A stretch of DNA of 64,000 nt from Polyangiaceae bacterium (GTDB lineage Bacteria; Myxococcota_A; Polyangia; Polyangiales; Polyangiaceae), in contig JBILLK010000007.1 in the NCBI GenBank assembly GCA_044376115.1, positions 96,001-160,000 of the forward strand. Reading direction: 5' to 3'. A program made the position numbers and the translations under genes. Below the pieces are notes generated by a model. That model saw only the letters and a program-made list of their open reading frames with translations. It ran no database searches and was not told where the DNA came from. This document shows positions 1-9,510 of the stretch, piece by piece. Within the stretch, counting starts at the first letter, position 1. Each line of letters begins with the position of its first letter.

Positions 1-174
1 GCGGGAGCCAAGGACGTCAGCACGGAAACCACCAACGTGCTCAGGTATGAGGGCTGCACAGCCGGTACCGACGTAGAGCTTTGGACAATCGAGGGCGGCG
101 GTCACATCCCGGCCTTCTCGTTCGGCTTTGGCCCGGCGGTGTTCGACTTCCTCGAGGCCCATCCGAAGCCGTAG
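1..174 (+). CDS. 3' end of a PHB-depolymerase/LpqC-like alpha/beta-hydrolase (partial)
   Basis: Frame 1 reads ...LRYEGCTAGTDVELWTIEGGGHIPAFSFGFGPAVFDFLEAHPKP* (TAG at 172-174). The VELWTIxGGGH motif with the catalytic His is typical of the C-terminus of this esterase family. Confidence 0.65.
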   Translation, partial: AGAKDVSTETTNVLRYEGCTAGTDVELWTIEGGGHIPAFSFGFGPAVFDFLEAHPKP

Positions 175-240
175 GCGGGTGGGAGTGCTGGGCCGGGCTT
201 GCTGTTGCCCGCGGTACGACTGACACTCTATCTTCGCGGA

Positions 241-3200
241 ATGGCTCGTACCGCTCCCGTACCGAACATTCCTCCGCTCCCGGGCATGTGTCCCAGCGTC
301 GCGGTGCTTGGAGGCGGCGGTAACGGTGGCGGAGGTTCGGGCAAGGGAGCCGGAGCTGGGGACGGCAATGGGCCTGGTGATGGCTCGGGCTCCGGTGACG
401 AAGCGACTGGTGACTCAACATCCGCTGCGCAATGCGGTCAGGGTGGCAGCACCTCTTGCACCTCCCACCAACCGGGCGCCGTAGCCGGGGACCCTGTCGA
501 CGTTGCGTCAGGACGTGTCTTTACGACGCCGATCGTTGACCTGCATGTCGCAGGGCCGCTTCCCCTTCGCATCGCTCGGCTTTACTCGTCCGCATGCAGA
601 AGGCGGAACGTCGGAATGGGTTTCGGGTGGTCACACTCCCTGGCCTGGGAGATAGAGGAACGTAGAACCGCGCTGGTCGTCCATCATGCCAACGGAACTC
701 GGATTGTCGTCGCCAAGCTTGAGGTGGGGCAGCAGGTTCTTGGGCCAAAAGGGCTGCTGATTCGAAGGACGCCAGACGGCTTTTACCTTGACGCCGACGA
801 CGGCGTCCATCGCCTGCTCCAGCAGCTACCTGGCGATGAAAGTGGTAGCTACCGGCTCACCCGCATTCATGACGCGAACAACAACGCGTTGACCCTCGGC
901 TACGATTCAACAGGGAATCTTACAACAGTTAGTGACTCTGTTGGTCGCCAGGCGAGGTTTTGCTGGTCCGATGGCGCGATCCAGCGTCTCGAGATGTTTC
1001 TTCCAACTGAGCAGCGGTGGGCGTGCTTCGCACGCTACACGGTCGATGTCCGAGGCGATCTCGTGCTCGCCGAAGACTCGGAGGGCTCGCGTTCGCGTTT
1101 CGTCTATGACGAAGCGCATCGCCTTACAGAACATGAGCGACCTTCCGGTCTGGTGTTCCACTACGTCTACGACGCCCAAAATCGATGCGTTGAAACTTGG
1201 GGTGATCGACGTAACGGAGTGGAGCCAGCCTTCGGTCCAGCCACCAGTAAGACTCTTGCGGACGGGAGTCCTGCGCGCGGAGTCCACCACGTTAAGTTGG
1301 CCTTCCATGCCGATGGCTATCGCGAAGTGATCGATGTCCGAACGGTCAGTCGATACTTTGCGAATCGGCACGGCACGATCGACAAAGCCGTTGTCGGAAG
1401 TTCGGTAACAAGTCGCCAGTTCGACGAGCATGGCCACGAGACAACTACCCAGGACGCGACTGGCGCGGTTTGGCGTTACCACCGTGACGCCCGCGGCCGC
1501 GTGTTGAGGACGGTCGATCCCCTCGGACGCACGACCGACATCGTCCGTGATGACGCTGGTCGCCCCGTGCTAATCAAGGCGCCTAACGGTGGGCAGACGC
1601 GTTTCGATAGGGACAGCCGCGGGAACGTGGAGCGCCGTACCGACGCTGAGGGGGGCATCGAGTCGTTCAAGTACGACGAGCGTGGCTTACTGCTTGAGCA
1701 CGTGAGCGCCGATAGTCAACGACGGTGCTACCGCTGGGACGCCCTGGGTAACTTGGTGGAGGCTCGGTTTCCCAACGGCGCATGCTATCGATACGAGTTT
1801 GATGACCTTGGGCGACGCACCGCTACCGTGAATCCACGTGGGGACCGGTTCGAGACGCTTTGGAACCTACGCGGGGACGTACTGCGAAAGGTCGACCCGC
1901 TCGGTGGAGTGACAAGTTTCACTTGGGATGGTCAATCACGCCTGATCCGGGAGACCCGTCCAGACAACACGGTTTGGGAGTACGTGTACGGCGGCCTCCG
2001 TTCGCTCTGCGAGGTCAGGAAGCCTGACGGGAGGACGACTCGCATCGAGTTTGATATCGACGAGCGACCGCTTGTTGTTCACGATTCAAACAACGAAACC
2101 CACCAATTCTCCTGGAACTCTCGTGGGTTTGTTTCTACCGAAACGCGATGGGACGGTCACGAGACCCGGTACAAGTACGATGAACTCGGTCAGCCGACTC
2201 AGATTCGAACCTCGGGTGGAGATTTGCTAGAGCTGGAGTACGACCCAGCTGGGCAACTCGTGTGCAAGCGCTTCAGAGACGGTAGCGAACACCGCTTTCA
2301 CTACGATTCGATGGGCCGAATCGAGCGCGCCACCTCGCCTGGATGCGCTGTCAGCTTTGAGAGGAACCGCCTGGGCGGAGTGGTCAAGGAAACACAAACC
2401 GTCGACGGCGAAGCTGTGGAGGTCTTCACTCGCTTCGCTCCTTGTGGTGCACCCAGCGTGCTCACCACCTCCTTGGGCCACGCGATAACGTTTACCCACG
2501 ACTCAATGGGCCAGGTCCAGGTTATCGGACTTGGCTCGTCCGAGCTCAATCTGACGCGTGATCAACTCGGGCAGGTCGCGGTTACAACGTTACCCAGCGG
2601 AGCTCAGATCGAGAGTCGTTTCGACGCGCTCAATCGCCTCATTGAGCGAGGCGTTAAAGTTACTCAGCACCGCATGTCAGTAGGAGACCTCGAGCCAGTA
2701 TGGCTCGGTGGCAGCGCACGTTCGATCGAAAGGCTCTTTAGCTATTCGCCAACCTCAAGTCTCCTGAGCGTCGTTAGCCCAACGCCGCTCAGTTCTCGCA
2801 GCTATCGCTATGATGTGAGCGACCGGTTGACCGAGTTGCAGACACCTTCGACCACAACCTCACTTCGGTATGACGGTTCTACCAACGCGTTCCCGCCTGA
2901 AGGGGCGCGCTACGGGAAGGGCGGGGCGCTCGAGCAGTGGGGGGCCTGGAGGTATCAGCGCGACGCAGAGGGTCGAATCATCCGAAAAACACGCGATGCA
3001 GACGGAGCCAGGTTCGAGTTCGAGTGGGCAGCGGACGGCACGTTGCGCTCGACTACGACCCCAGATGGGATGATCGTTCGCCACCGGTATGACCCGTTTG
3101 GGCGTCGCCTGCATAAGGTCGTCAGGTCCTCCCCAAGATCTCCCTCCCGAACGCGTCACACGACTCGCTTTGTTTGGGACCAGGACCGCTTACTCCAGGA

Positions 3201-4047
3201 GCGCACGTTAAATGGCGCCCAGCAGACAGGTCGTGACTTTGTCCTCGACCTGGAGTCATTTGCGCCGATCGCGCAGGCCGATATCTCCGCAGATGGTTCG
3301 CGAACGTGGTGCTTTTACCTCAACGACCACGGAGGCGCGCCTGAGGAACTGCTTGACATTATGGGTCGCTCCGTAGCTGCGTTCCAGGCAACCCCCTGGG
3401 GCCGAGTCCAAGTAAGTGGCAGCCAAACGACGCCGCTCCAACGGCAGGGGGAGTACGTCGATACCGAGAGCGCCTCTGTCTACAACCGATACCGACACAT
3501 CGAGCTCGAGAACGGGCGTTTCCTCAGCCCTGACCCGATTGGGCTCAAGGGCGGTATGAACCCCTATGTCGCTGGGCCTAACAGTGTGTGCTTCATGGAC
3601 CCCTTCGGATTGTCGGTCGAATCCGACCGCGCAGCCCAGGTTCGGGACAACCAAGATGGCAGCGGCTTTAGCACCACAACCTCTGTCGCGAGGCTTGAGA
3701 ACGGCGACACGATCGTGACCGACTCGCGAGGCTCCCTCAACCCGTCAACTCGTATTCGCGATCCAAGCATGAACAACTCCCGCGGAACTCCGGGAGGTGC
3801 GGCCAACGGCGGAGTCGACAGCGGCGAATGGGTTCCACGTGCTGCGGAGGACTCTCACAACCCTGACATTCCTAACCCGCATCACGCCGAGCGGCGCGCA
3901 ATCGAGGAGGCCGAGCGGCGTGGAACCAAGATTCAGAGTATCAGCGCCACGAACAACTGCTGTCCGACCTGCCGCCAGGCGCTGAGGCGGCACAACCCCG
4001 ATATCATCATTACCGACGCAAACGGCAACCCCGCACCAGACCCATGA
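241..4047 (+). CDS. rhs: Rhs/YD-repeat polymorphic toxin (DUF6531 + YD repeats + Rhs core) with a C-terminal putative Zn-dependent nucleic-acid deaminase domain
   Basis: ATG at 241. DUF6531-like segment GDPVDVASG...LPLRIARLYSS...GFGWSHS, many YD repeats, and an Rhs core ending YNRYRH...FLSPDPIGLKGGMNPY...DPFGL (ends 3612). The C-terminal domain has HAE (3883-3891) and CCPTC (3958-3972). Confidence 0.93.
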   Translation: MARTAPVPNIPPLPGMCPSVAVLGGGGNGGGGSGKGAGAGDGNGPGDGSGSGDEATGDSTSAAQCGQGGSTSCTSHQPGAVAGDPVDVASGRVFTTPIVDLHVAGPLPLRIARLYSSACRRRNVGMGFGWSHSLAWEIEERRTALVVHHANGTRIVVAKLEVGQQVLGPKGLLIRRTPDGFYLDADDGVHRLLQQLPGDESGSYRLTRIHDANNNALTLGYDSTGNLTTVSDSVGRQARFCWSDGAIQRLEMFLPTEQRWACFARYTVDVRGDLVLAEDSEGSRSRFVYDEAHRLTEHERPSGLVFHYVYDAQNRCVETWGDRRNGVEPAFGPATSKTLADGSPARGVHHVKLAFHADGYREVIDVRTVSRYFANRHGTIDKAVVGSSVTSRQFDEHGHETTTQDATGAVWRYHRDARGRVLRTVDPLGRTTDIVRDDAGRPVLIKAPNGGQTRFDRDSRGNVERRTDAEGGIESFKYDERGLLLEHVSADSQRRCYRWDALGNLVEARFPNGACYRYEFDDLGRRTATVNPRGDRFETLWNLRGDVLRKVDPLGGVTSFTWDGQSRLIRETRPDNTVWEYVYGGLRSLCEVRKPDGRTTRIEFDIDERPLVVHDSNNETHQFSWNSRGFVSTETRWDGHETRYKYDELGQPTQIRTSGGDLLELEYDPAGQLVCKRFRDGSEHRFHYDSMGRIERATSPGCAVSFERNRLGGVVKETQTVDGEAVEVFTRFAPCGAPSVLTTSLGHAITFTHDSMGQVQVIGLGSSELNLTRDQLGQVAVTTLPSGAQIESRFDALNRLIERGVKVTQHRMSVGDLEPVWLGGSARSIERLFSYSPTSSLLSVVSPTPLSSRSYRYDVSDRLTELQTPSTTTSLRYDGSTNAFPPEGARYGKGGALEQWGAWRYQRDAEGRIIRKTRDADGARFEFEWAADGTLRSTTTPDGMIVRHRYDPFGRRLHKVVRSSPRSPSRTRHTTRFVWDQDRLLQERTLNGAQQTGRDFVLDLESFAPIAQADISADGSRTWCFYLNDHGGAPEELLDIMGRSVAAFQATPWGRVQVSGSQTTPLQRQGEYVDTESASVYNRYRHIELENGRFLSPDPIGLKGGMNPYVAGPNSVCFMDPFGLSVESDRAAQVRDNQDGSGFSTTTSVARLENGDTIVTDSRGSLNPSTRIRDPSMNNSRGTPGGAANGGVDSGEWVPRAAEDSHNPDIPNPHHAERRAIEEAERRGTKIQSISATNNCCPTCRQALRRHNPDIIITDANGNPAPDP

Positions 4048-5015
4048 CAGCTCCTCCCAAAGACTTCGACCTCGCCGCGGCCTCGCGGATACTCCTCAGC
4101 CGCCTGGCGTCGCTGCCTCTCGAAGCGGTCGCGCGCGCGCTCTCGGTTATCGATGCACCGCTCTATCCGAAGGGCATCGAACCGGCGCCTCGCGTACAAC
4201 CAGCCAGCGAGCAATTCGTCGCCGAACATCTCGCCCGTGAGCTGGAGTGCAACGCCGGTGCCTTTGAGGTGGCCGTAGACGTGGTGCGCCTGTCCCGCCT
4301 GCCTTCAGAAGAGCTAGTGCCGTTTGTAGCCGAGCTGCTCTCGACGCGTCCCTGGCGCAGACTCGAGGATCGACTGCTGCTGACCCTCGCGGAGTGTGCA
4401 AGCGACGCGACATTTGCGCTCCTGCTCGAGCAGCCGCGTGGAAGCAGCGTGGTGCGACGGGGCGCAGCGCCAAACGCCGCCCGGCTCGCGCTGGCGCGAC
4501 TGCGAGCGCTGATCGCGGTTGGCGGGCCCATGGAACCACGCGCTCGTGTTTGGGGAGAAGAGCTGCTTTCGTTGTTGGTTGAGCGGAACGACACGGAAGG
4601 TCAGGAACTGGCCTGTTCGATCGTTGATGGGCGTGCAGCACCAGATCTTCGGCGCCGTGCGTGTGTCGCGCTTTATACCAGCGGTCTCGAGCAGAACGTG
4701 CGACGGCTCTCAACTCATCTTCAAGACAAAGACGCGCTGGTGCGCTCCACCGCCATTCGTGCTGTGCTTTCGCTCGATGGCCCTTCAGCCTGGGACTCGC
4801 TGGGCGGAGACAAGCTGCTCACCACCGAGTATGCTGCGTTCGCATCGGAGGTCTTGAACGAGCTCGGCCGAGACCTCGCGGGGACCGGCGGCGTCACACG
4901 CCACGGTTGGGCCCGAAACGACCCTCGCTTCGAGCAGCTGGCGCGCCACTGGCTTGGCGACAAGAAGAATATGGGCAACGCGGAGTTCGTGCTCCAGGGT
5001 CTCGCTTCGAGTTGA
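4044..5015 (+). CDS. HEAT/alpha-solenoid protein, candidate immunity protein of the Rhs toxin
   Basis: ATGA overlap with the rhs stop. Leu/Ala/Arg-rich helices with a HEAT-like unit (LQDKDALVRSTAIRAVLSL). Confidence 0.6.
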   Translation: MTAPPKDFDLAAASRILLSRLASLPLEAVARALSVIDAPLYPKGIEPAPRVQPASEQFVAEHLARELECNAGAFEVAVDVVRLSRLPSEELVPFVAELLSTRPWRRLEDRLLLTLAECASDATFALLLEQPRGSSVVRRGAAPNAARLALARLRALIAVGGPMEPRARVWGEELLSLLVERNDTEGQELACSIVDGRAAPDLRRRACVALYTSGLEQNVRRLSTHLQDKDALVRSTAIRAVLSLDGPSAWDSLGGDKLLTTEYAAFASEVLNELGRDLAGTGGVTRHGWARNDPRFEQLARHWLGDKKNMGNAEFVLQGLASS

Positions 5016-5674
5016 GCGCCGAACTATCCCCACGGCGAGTTGCGCAAATCATGAAGTGGGCCCGAGCCGCCCTCGAGGGTCTGACCACACAGCTTACCGA
5101 GGAAGGCTATCAATTCGCGCGGCCTGCACGGGCGCTGGTGCGCCCGAGTCTAGAATTGCCAGAGCTTATCTATTTGATAGAGCAGCGCGTGGGGCCGCTC
5201 CCGTTGGCGGTCGGCCTAATGTGGAGCATCATCGGCTCTGTCGATCTCACGGGTGGATGTGCAGATTGGCCGACAACCTCGCTTCGCACCAGCGGAGGTA
5301 AAGAGGGCTCCGGGGTTTGGCTAAGCGATGCCCTGGTGATCATGCCTCCTCGTGAGGTCCTCGCGCGACTGGAGGACGACCCGGAGCTCCCGGGGCTTCC
5401 GCTCTGGCCTGATGCGCTGCATAAAGCTGGCTACTCGGGAGATCCAGAAACCTGTGTTGAGTTACCATGCTCCGGAGTCGAAGGGACGCTCTTCAAGGAG
5501 GCAGGTACTTGGCCCGCTACGCAACCGACGACGCTCACCAGCTACCTACAATGGGCAATCAGTGAACACGCTGGTTTTCCTGGGCTGTGCAATTGCGAGC
5601 GCGCGCAGCCTCGATTGGCTCGACTCAAGTCTCGTATCCCAGCGTTCTCAAGCGACGAACTGGATGAACCGTAG
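5012..5674 (+). CDS. Hypothetical protein, SUKH/SMI1-KNR4-like candidate immunity protein
   Basis: In-frame TTG at 5012 overlaps the upstream TGA (alternative ATG at 5051). The segment IEQRVGPLPLAVGLMWSIIGSVDL resembles the N-terminal 'E..lG..LP' motif of SUKH proteins. Confidence 0.5.
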   Translation: MSAELSPRRVAQIMKWARAALEGLTTQLTEEGYQFARPARALVRPSLELPELIYLIEQRVGPLPLAVGLMWSIIGSVDLTGGCADWPTTSLRTSGGKEGSGVWLSDALVIMPPREVLARLEDDPELPGLPLWPDALHKAGYSGDPETCVELPCSGVEGTLFKEAGTWPATQPTTLTSYLQWAISEHAGFPGLCNCERAQPRLARLKSRIPAFSSDELDEP

Positions 5675-5811
5675 TAAGCGGTCCTGCCGCAGCGCACGCT
5701 GTTTCGCGTGCCTGCGTAGGATTCGCGCCACGCGGCGGGCTGCGCTCGCCTACTTCCGAGCGGTGAGGGCTGACGAAGTGTGGAGGCACAGCGGTTGCTC
5801 AGCCGTTGTTT

Positions 5812-6366
5812 ATGACTTACTTCCTTCGCACTTCCCTCGATCGAACGTTGCGCGCCTTGCCTTCTTTCGCGGCTACGGCGCCGCGCGTCATCGCGTTCCT
5901 TTTCGCTTCGTTCTTTCTCACCGGCTGCACCGAGGTTGCGGCCGCGCGCTTCGAACTCTCGATACTGCTTGTCTGCGCGTTGAGCGTCTTCGGTCTGCAG
6001 GCCGTCGCGACAGGTCCCGCAGTTTTTCGGGTGAGTATCCGCGACACCTGGCGCGCCATTGCCTTCGTCGTCGGAGTCTTCGCTGCGATCGCCCACGCAA
6101 CGCTGCTCGTCATGGGGACCAACGTCGTTCAGGACGTGTCGATGAGCTCACGGCGCGAGCTGGCGACGCTATATGCGCTACTGCTGTGGCCCGGCGTGTT
6201 GCATGTCGCGCTGCCGGTGCGGCTCCTGGAGACGCGGCACTCGACGACGCAAGACCAGCTCGTGGGCGTTCGGCGCCCGCAATGGAGCGTCTACGTCGGA
6301 GGGGCCTACGTCGTGATCGGCGCGTTCTTCGCGTATCACCTGCTTTACACCGGCCAGTTCGGCTGA
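5812..6366 (+). CDS. Hypothetical integral membrane protein (about 5 TM segments)
   Basis: Several hydrophobic stretches, e.g. VIAFLFASFFL, AIAFVVGVFAAIA and VYVGGAYVVIGAFFAY. Confidence 0.6.
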   Translation: MTYFLRTSLDRTLRALPSFAATAPRVIAFLFASFFLTGCTEVAAARFELSILLVCALSVFGLQAVATGPAVFRVSIRDTWRAIAFVVGVFAAIAHATLLVMGTNVVQDVSMSSRRELATLYALLLWPGVLHVALPVRLLETRHSTTQDQLVGVRRPQWSVYVGGAYVVIGAFFAYHLLYTGQFG

Positions 6367-6383
6367 GGTCGCTCGCGGTGCCG

Positions 6384-8927
6384 TCACTTGCCGGAGTGCA
6401 AGGCGATGATGCCGGCGTCGACCTGCGCGTAGAGGATGCCGGCGTCGACGAAGGGTGTGCAATGCCAACTCCAAGCGCCGTCGTAGGTTGACCCGGACTT
6501 TGCTTGTTCCTTGGCAATCGCCTGATGGGCGACGGATAGGTCGAGGTCCCAGCGGACCTTGCCTGTCGCGAGATCGAGGCCGGAGAGGAAGGTGCTGGAC
6601 GAGCTCGTATCTTCCACGGTGACAGAGACGACGGTTTGGCCCACGACGATCGGACCAGCGCTGCCAATTCCGTACGGCTTACGGCGCTTGGCTTTGGACC
6701 TCCAGGTCGGTTTGCCGGTCTGAAGCTCGTAGGCTTGAAGGAAGCCATCGTCGCGAAGGAGCAACGTGTCCGAGGTGCACGCCCACGAACTACCGCCCGC
6801 TTGCCAGTCGATCTTGGTGGTCCAAACCTGTTTGCCGCTGCGCCTGTCGGCGGCAGCCAACAAGCCGGTGTCCGCAAGGTAGACGACGAAGTCCCCCGCG
6901 ATCACCGGACTGGCCCGCAGCGGTTCGCTGGCTGCTGCGCTCCACGCGAGCTCTTGCGCGGCGAGGTCGATCGCGAGCAGCTGGGCGTCGGCGTAGACGA
7001 AGGCGAGGCCATCTGCATAGGCGGGCGCGGTTCGGATGCGATCCTTCACTTCGAACGTCCACACTTTGCGTCCCTTCTTGTCGAGCGCGCGCGCGTGCAG
7101 GCCTTTTGCGCCGGCGACCAGACACAGATCGTCGGTTACCAGCGGTGTTCCGGCGGCACCTGCGATCCGGGCGGTCCACTGGCTTTCGCCAGTGCGTGCG
7201 TCGTGCGCATGGAGTCCCTGGTTGGTGGCGAGGAACACCGTGCCGTGGGCGATGGCGATGCCGCCGGTTGCCCAGGATCGCGCGGTGGAGGTCTGCACCG
7301 ACCAGCGCGTCTTGCCGGTACCGGCTTCGTGCGCGCACAGCCAGCCTGCGTTCGATCCCACCGCGATGCCCTCGCCGACGACGACACTTCCACCAAACTC
7401 ATCGGCGCCCGAGTGGTAGTCAGCGCGAGCCCAGAGCACCGACGGCGCCTTGCTGAGATCAGCCTCGAAGACGGCTTGTCGTGTGGGACCGCCGCCGCTC
7501 ATCGAGCCGGCGATGGCGATGGAGGAGGCAGCGCTCGCTCGTGGCTCGGCTTTCTTGGGTGGGGGAGGGGCCTTCACGGGCGGCTCGACGCGGCTGACCG
7601 ACTCGGTGGCGACGAGCGGAGCGATGACGACGCCCTCGTGGTTCCTCCAGGCGATCAATCCGCCAATAGAAACAGCGCAAGCCTGCGGCTCGTCCAGCTC
7701 GGCGAGTTCACGAAGGGAAACCAGGGCGCGGGTGGTTTCATCGATCACGGCAACCAGCACAGCCGCTTCGTCTGAAACCCAAACGGCGCGGATCGGGATG
7801 ACGATGTAGCCAGCGGCCACGACGGGGCGCCCCACGGAGACGTCCTCAGCACCCTTTACGACAACTCGCGCGCTGGCCTCGATACCGAGGTCGCGGCTGA
7901 GCCACGTGACGACGCAGGCGCCGTCGACTACGGCGGCGGCGACAAAGCTCCCTCTGCTCGGTGCCACGCCCCCGAAGGGAGTTCCGTACTCCTCGGCTGG
8001 GGCGAGCGCGACATCGGCGAGCGCCTTTCCGTCAGCGGCCGAGAAGGAGCGCACGTGGCCGTCTTCAGCGGCGACGGCAACCACGTCCTCGAGTACGGCG
8101 ATGCCGATGGCGCCAGCGCTCTTGCCCGGCTTCACCTTGTAAAGCTGCTCACCGCTGCTCGCGTCGAAGGCAAACAGAAAACGATCATGGGTGCTGGTGA
8201 AGCCGCCTCCACCCGACCACAGGGTTTTGCCATCGGCGGACAAGGCGAGCGCGTTTGGGGTCGCGTTGTGCCCTTTGAATGAGCGGACCTTCTTGCCACT
8301 CTCGCGACTCACGAGCGCAATGGTCTTGTTGCCGATGACGAGGCTGTCGTTGTGAATCAGCACGACCTGCGCCTCATTCGACTTGTGGGTCGTGGACCAC
8401 TTGCGACTGCGCACATCGACGACGTGCACGCTGCTGATCCCGTGCGCAGCGAGGATGCTGCCATCGGCGCTGAACGCGAAGACCCTCGGGTAATCGGACA
8501 ATCGGATCAGCTCGCCGGTGAGCTTTGCCGGTTCGAGCACAGGATAAGGGGGCGGGACCACGCCGCCTGCGGGGCTCGTGGCAGGCTCCGTTGCGGCGCT
8601 CGCGGGCTTGGTGGCGGCGGACTTGGTTGCGGCGCTTGCGGGCTTGCTAGTGGCGCTTGCGGGCTTGCTGGTGGCGGGCTTGGTTGCTGAGCCAGCGGCT
8701 GCGCTCTTCCCTTTGGCCGGGCTGACGGGCGCGTAGCCTTTCTTCGTCTTCTCGCGGGCCTTGTCGTCGAGTTCTGCTTTCGCTTCGGCTGCACTGCTGA
8801 AGGCAAAGCTCTTGGTCTGCCCGTCGGTGCCCACTTTGCCCCAACGGGTGACGAGCGAGTTGCCATCGACCTCGCCCTCCCAGAACTTGTTGGACGAACC
8901 GTCTTTGAACTCGAGTCGGATGTTCAT
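6384..8927 (-). CDS. WGR-domain protein fused to a WD40-like propeller and a PQQ-like (BamB-type) beta-propeller
   Basis: Starts MNIRLEFKDGSSNKFWE...TRWGKVGTDGQ...KTKKGY (WGR domain). This is followed by an Ala/Ser/Thr/Lys/Pro linker, a WD40-like segment (FKGHNATPNALALSADG) and repeated 'A.DA.TG...W' PQQ motifs. Confidence 0.85.
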   Translation of the reverse strand: MNIRLEFKDGSSNKFWEGEVDGNSLVTRWGKVGTDGQTKSFAFSSAAEAKAELDDKAREKTKKGYAPVSPAKGKSAAAGSATKPATSKPASATSKPASAATKSAATKPASAATEPATSPAGGVVPPPYPVLEPAKLTGELIRLSDYPRVFAFSADGSILAAHGISSVHVVDVRSRKWSTTHKSNEAQVVLIHNDSLVIGNKTIALVSRESGKKVRSFKGHNATPNALALSADGKTLWSGGGGFTSTHDRFLFAFDASSGEQLYKVKPGKSAGAIGIAVLEDVVAVAAEDGHVRSFSAADGKALADVALAPAEEYGTPFGGVAPSRGSFVAAAVVDGACVVTWLSRDLGIEASARVVVKGAEDVSVGRPVVAAGYIVIPIRAVWVSDEAAVLVAVIDETTRALVSLRELAELDEPQACAVSIGGLIAWRNHEGVVIAPLVATESVSRVEPPVKAPPPPKKAEPRASAASSIAIAGSMSGGGPTRQAVFEADLSKAPSVLWARADYHSGADEFGGSVVVGEGIAVGSNAGWLCAHEAGTGKTRWSVQTSTARSWATGGIAIAHGTVFLATNQGLHAHDARTGESQWTARIAGAAGTPLVTDDLCLVAGAKGLHARALDKKGRKVWTFEVKDRIRTAPAYADGLAFVYADAQLLAIDLAAQELAWSAAASEPLRASPVIAGDFVVYLADTGLLAAADRRSGKQVWTTKIDWQAGGSSWACTSDTLLLRDDGFLQAYELQTGKPTWRSKAKRRKPYGIGSAGPIVVGQTVVSVTVEDTSSSSTFLSGLDLATGKVRWDLDLSVAHQAIAKEQAKSGSTYDGAWSWHCTPFVDAGILYAQVDAGIIALHSGK
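8586..8695 (-). repeat. Coding imperfect tandem repeat (SAT[S/K]KPA-like linker) in the WGR protein
   Basis: Repeated gcgcttgcgggcttg units on the + strand encode ATKPATSKPASATSKPASAATKSAATKPASAATEP. Confidence 0.6.
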
Positions 8928-9042
8928 GGTCGCTGGCCTCGTTTGAGCGGATCCTGCTCGCTCAGAGCAAGGACGCGGAGAGGCGCCGAGTGTCGCACAG
9001 AATTTTCGGCTTCGTCCCCCCAACGAGAAGAGCGCTGTCGGC

Positions 9043-9453
9043 TTAGACGAAACGAACCCAAGCCTGCGCGAGGGCTCGAAATGCGGTTTGCTTCGCCTTG
9101 AAATCGCTCCCGGCGCCGAGCGAGACGAGGCAACGGTCCTTCGCCATCCACTTCTCGATCAGGCCGGCGGGATCCTCGACTGGGACGCCTGTGTCAGCGG
9201 TCGCCTTCTTCTTGATGCCGGTGAACAGGATCAGCTGAAGCGAAGTTTGTGAGCGCAGATGCACCGTGGCGAAGAAGTCGTTCGCGTTGCAAAAGCTCAC
9301 CGAGTTCCACTTGATCTCCTCGCGAATCGACGGGCTCATGCCGAGCATCACCTCGCGCAAGGCGTTGATCTCCGCCTCGAGCGGGTGGGCCTTGCTGGCG
9401 AGAAACGTGGCCACGTCGCTGCTCGCCCCAGTCGATGGTTTTTTGCGCACCAC
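9043..9453 (-). CDS. DUF1801 (YdhG-like) domain protein
   Basis: DVATFLA...HPL...LREVML...IREEIKWNSVSF...LILFTG.K is the typical DUF1801 pattern. Confidence 0.8.
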   Translation of the reverse strand: MVRKKPSTGASSDVATFLASKAHPLEAEINALREVMLGMSPSIREEIKWNSVSFCNANDFFATVHLRSQTSLQLILFTGIKKKATADTGVPVEDPAGLIEKWMAKDRCLVSLGAGSDFKAKQTAFRALAQAWVRFV

Positions 9454-9510
9454 CTTGGCCTGTTAACACGCACCTGGACGCGACCGCATGCCTGCGACAA
9501 AACGTCGGGG

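Noticed and set aside
8991..9499. TGTCGCA...TGCGACA inverted pair flanking the DUF1801 gene as a mini mobile element
   Set aside because: The match is only 7 bp with no target duplication or transposase, which is compatible with chance.
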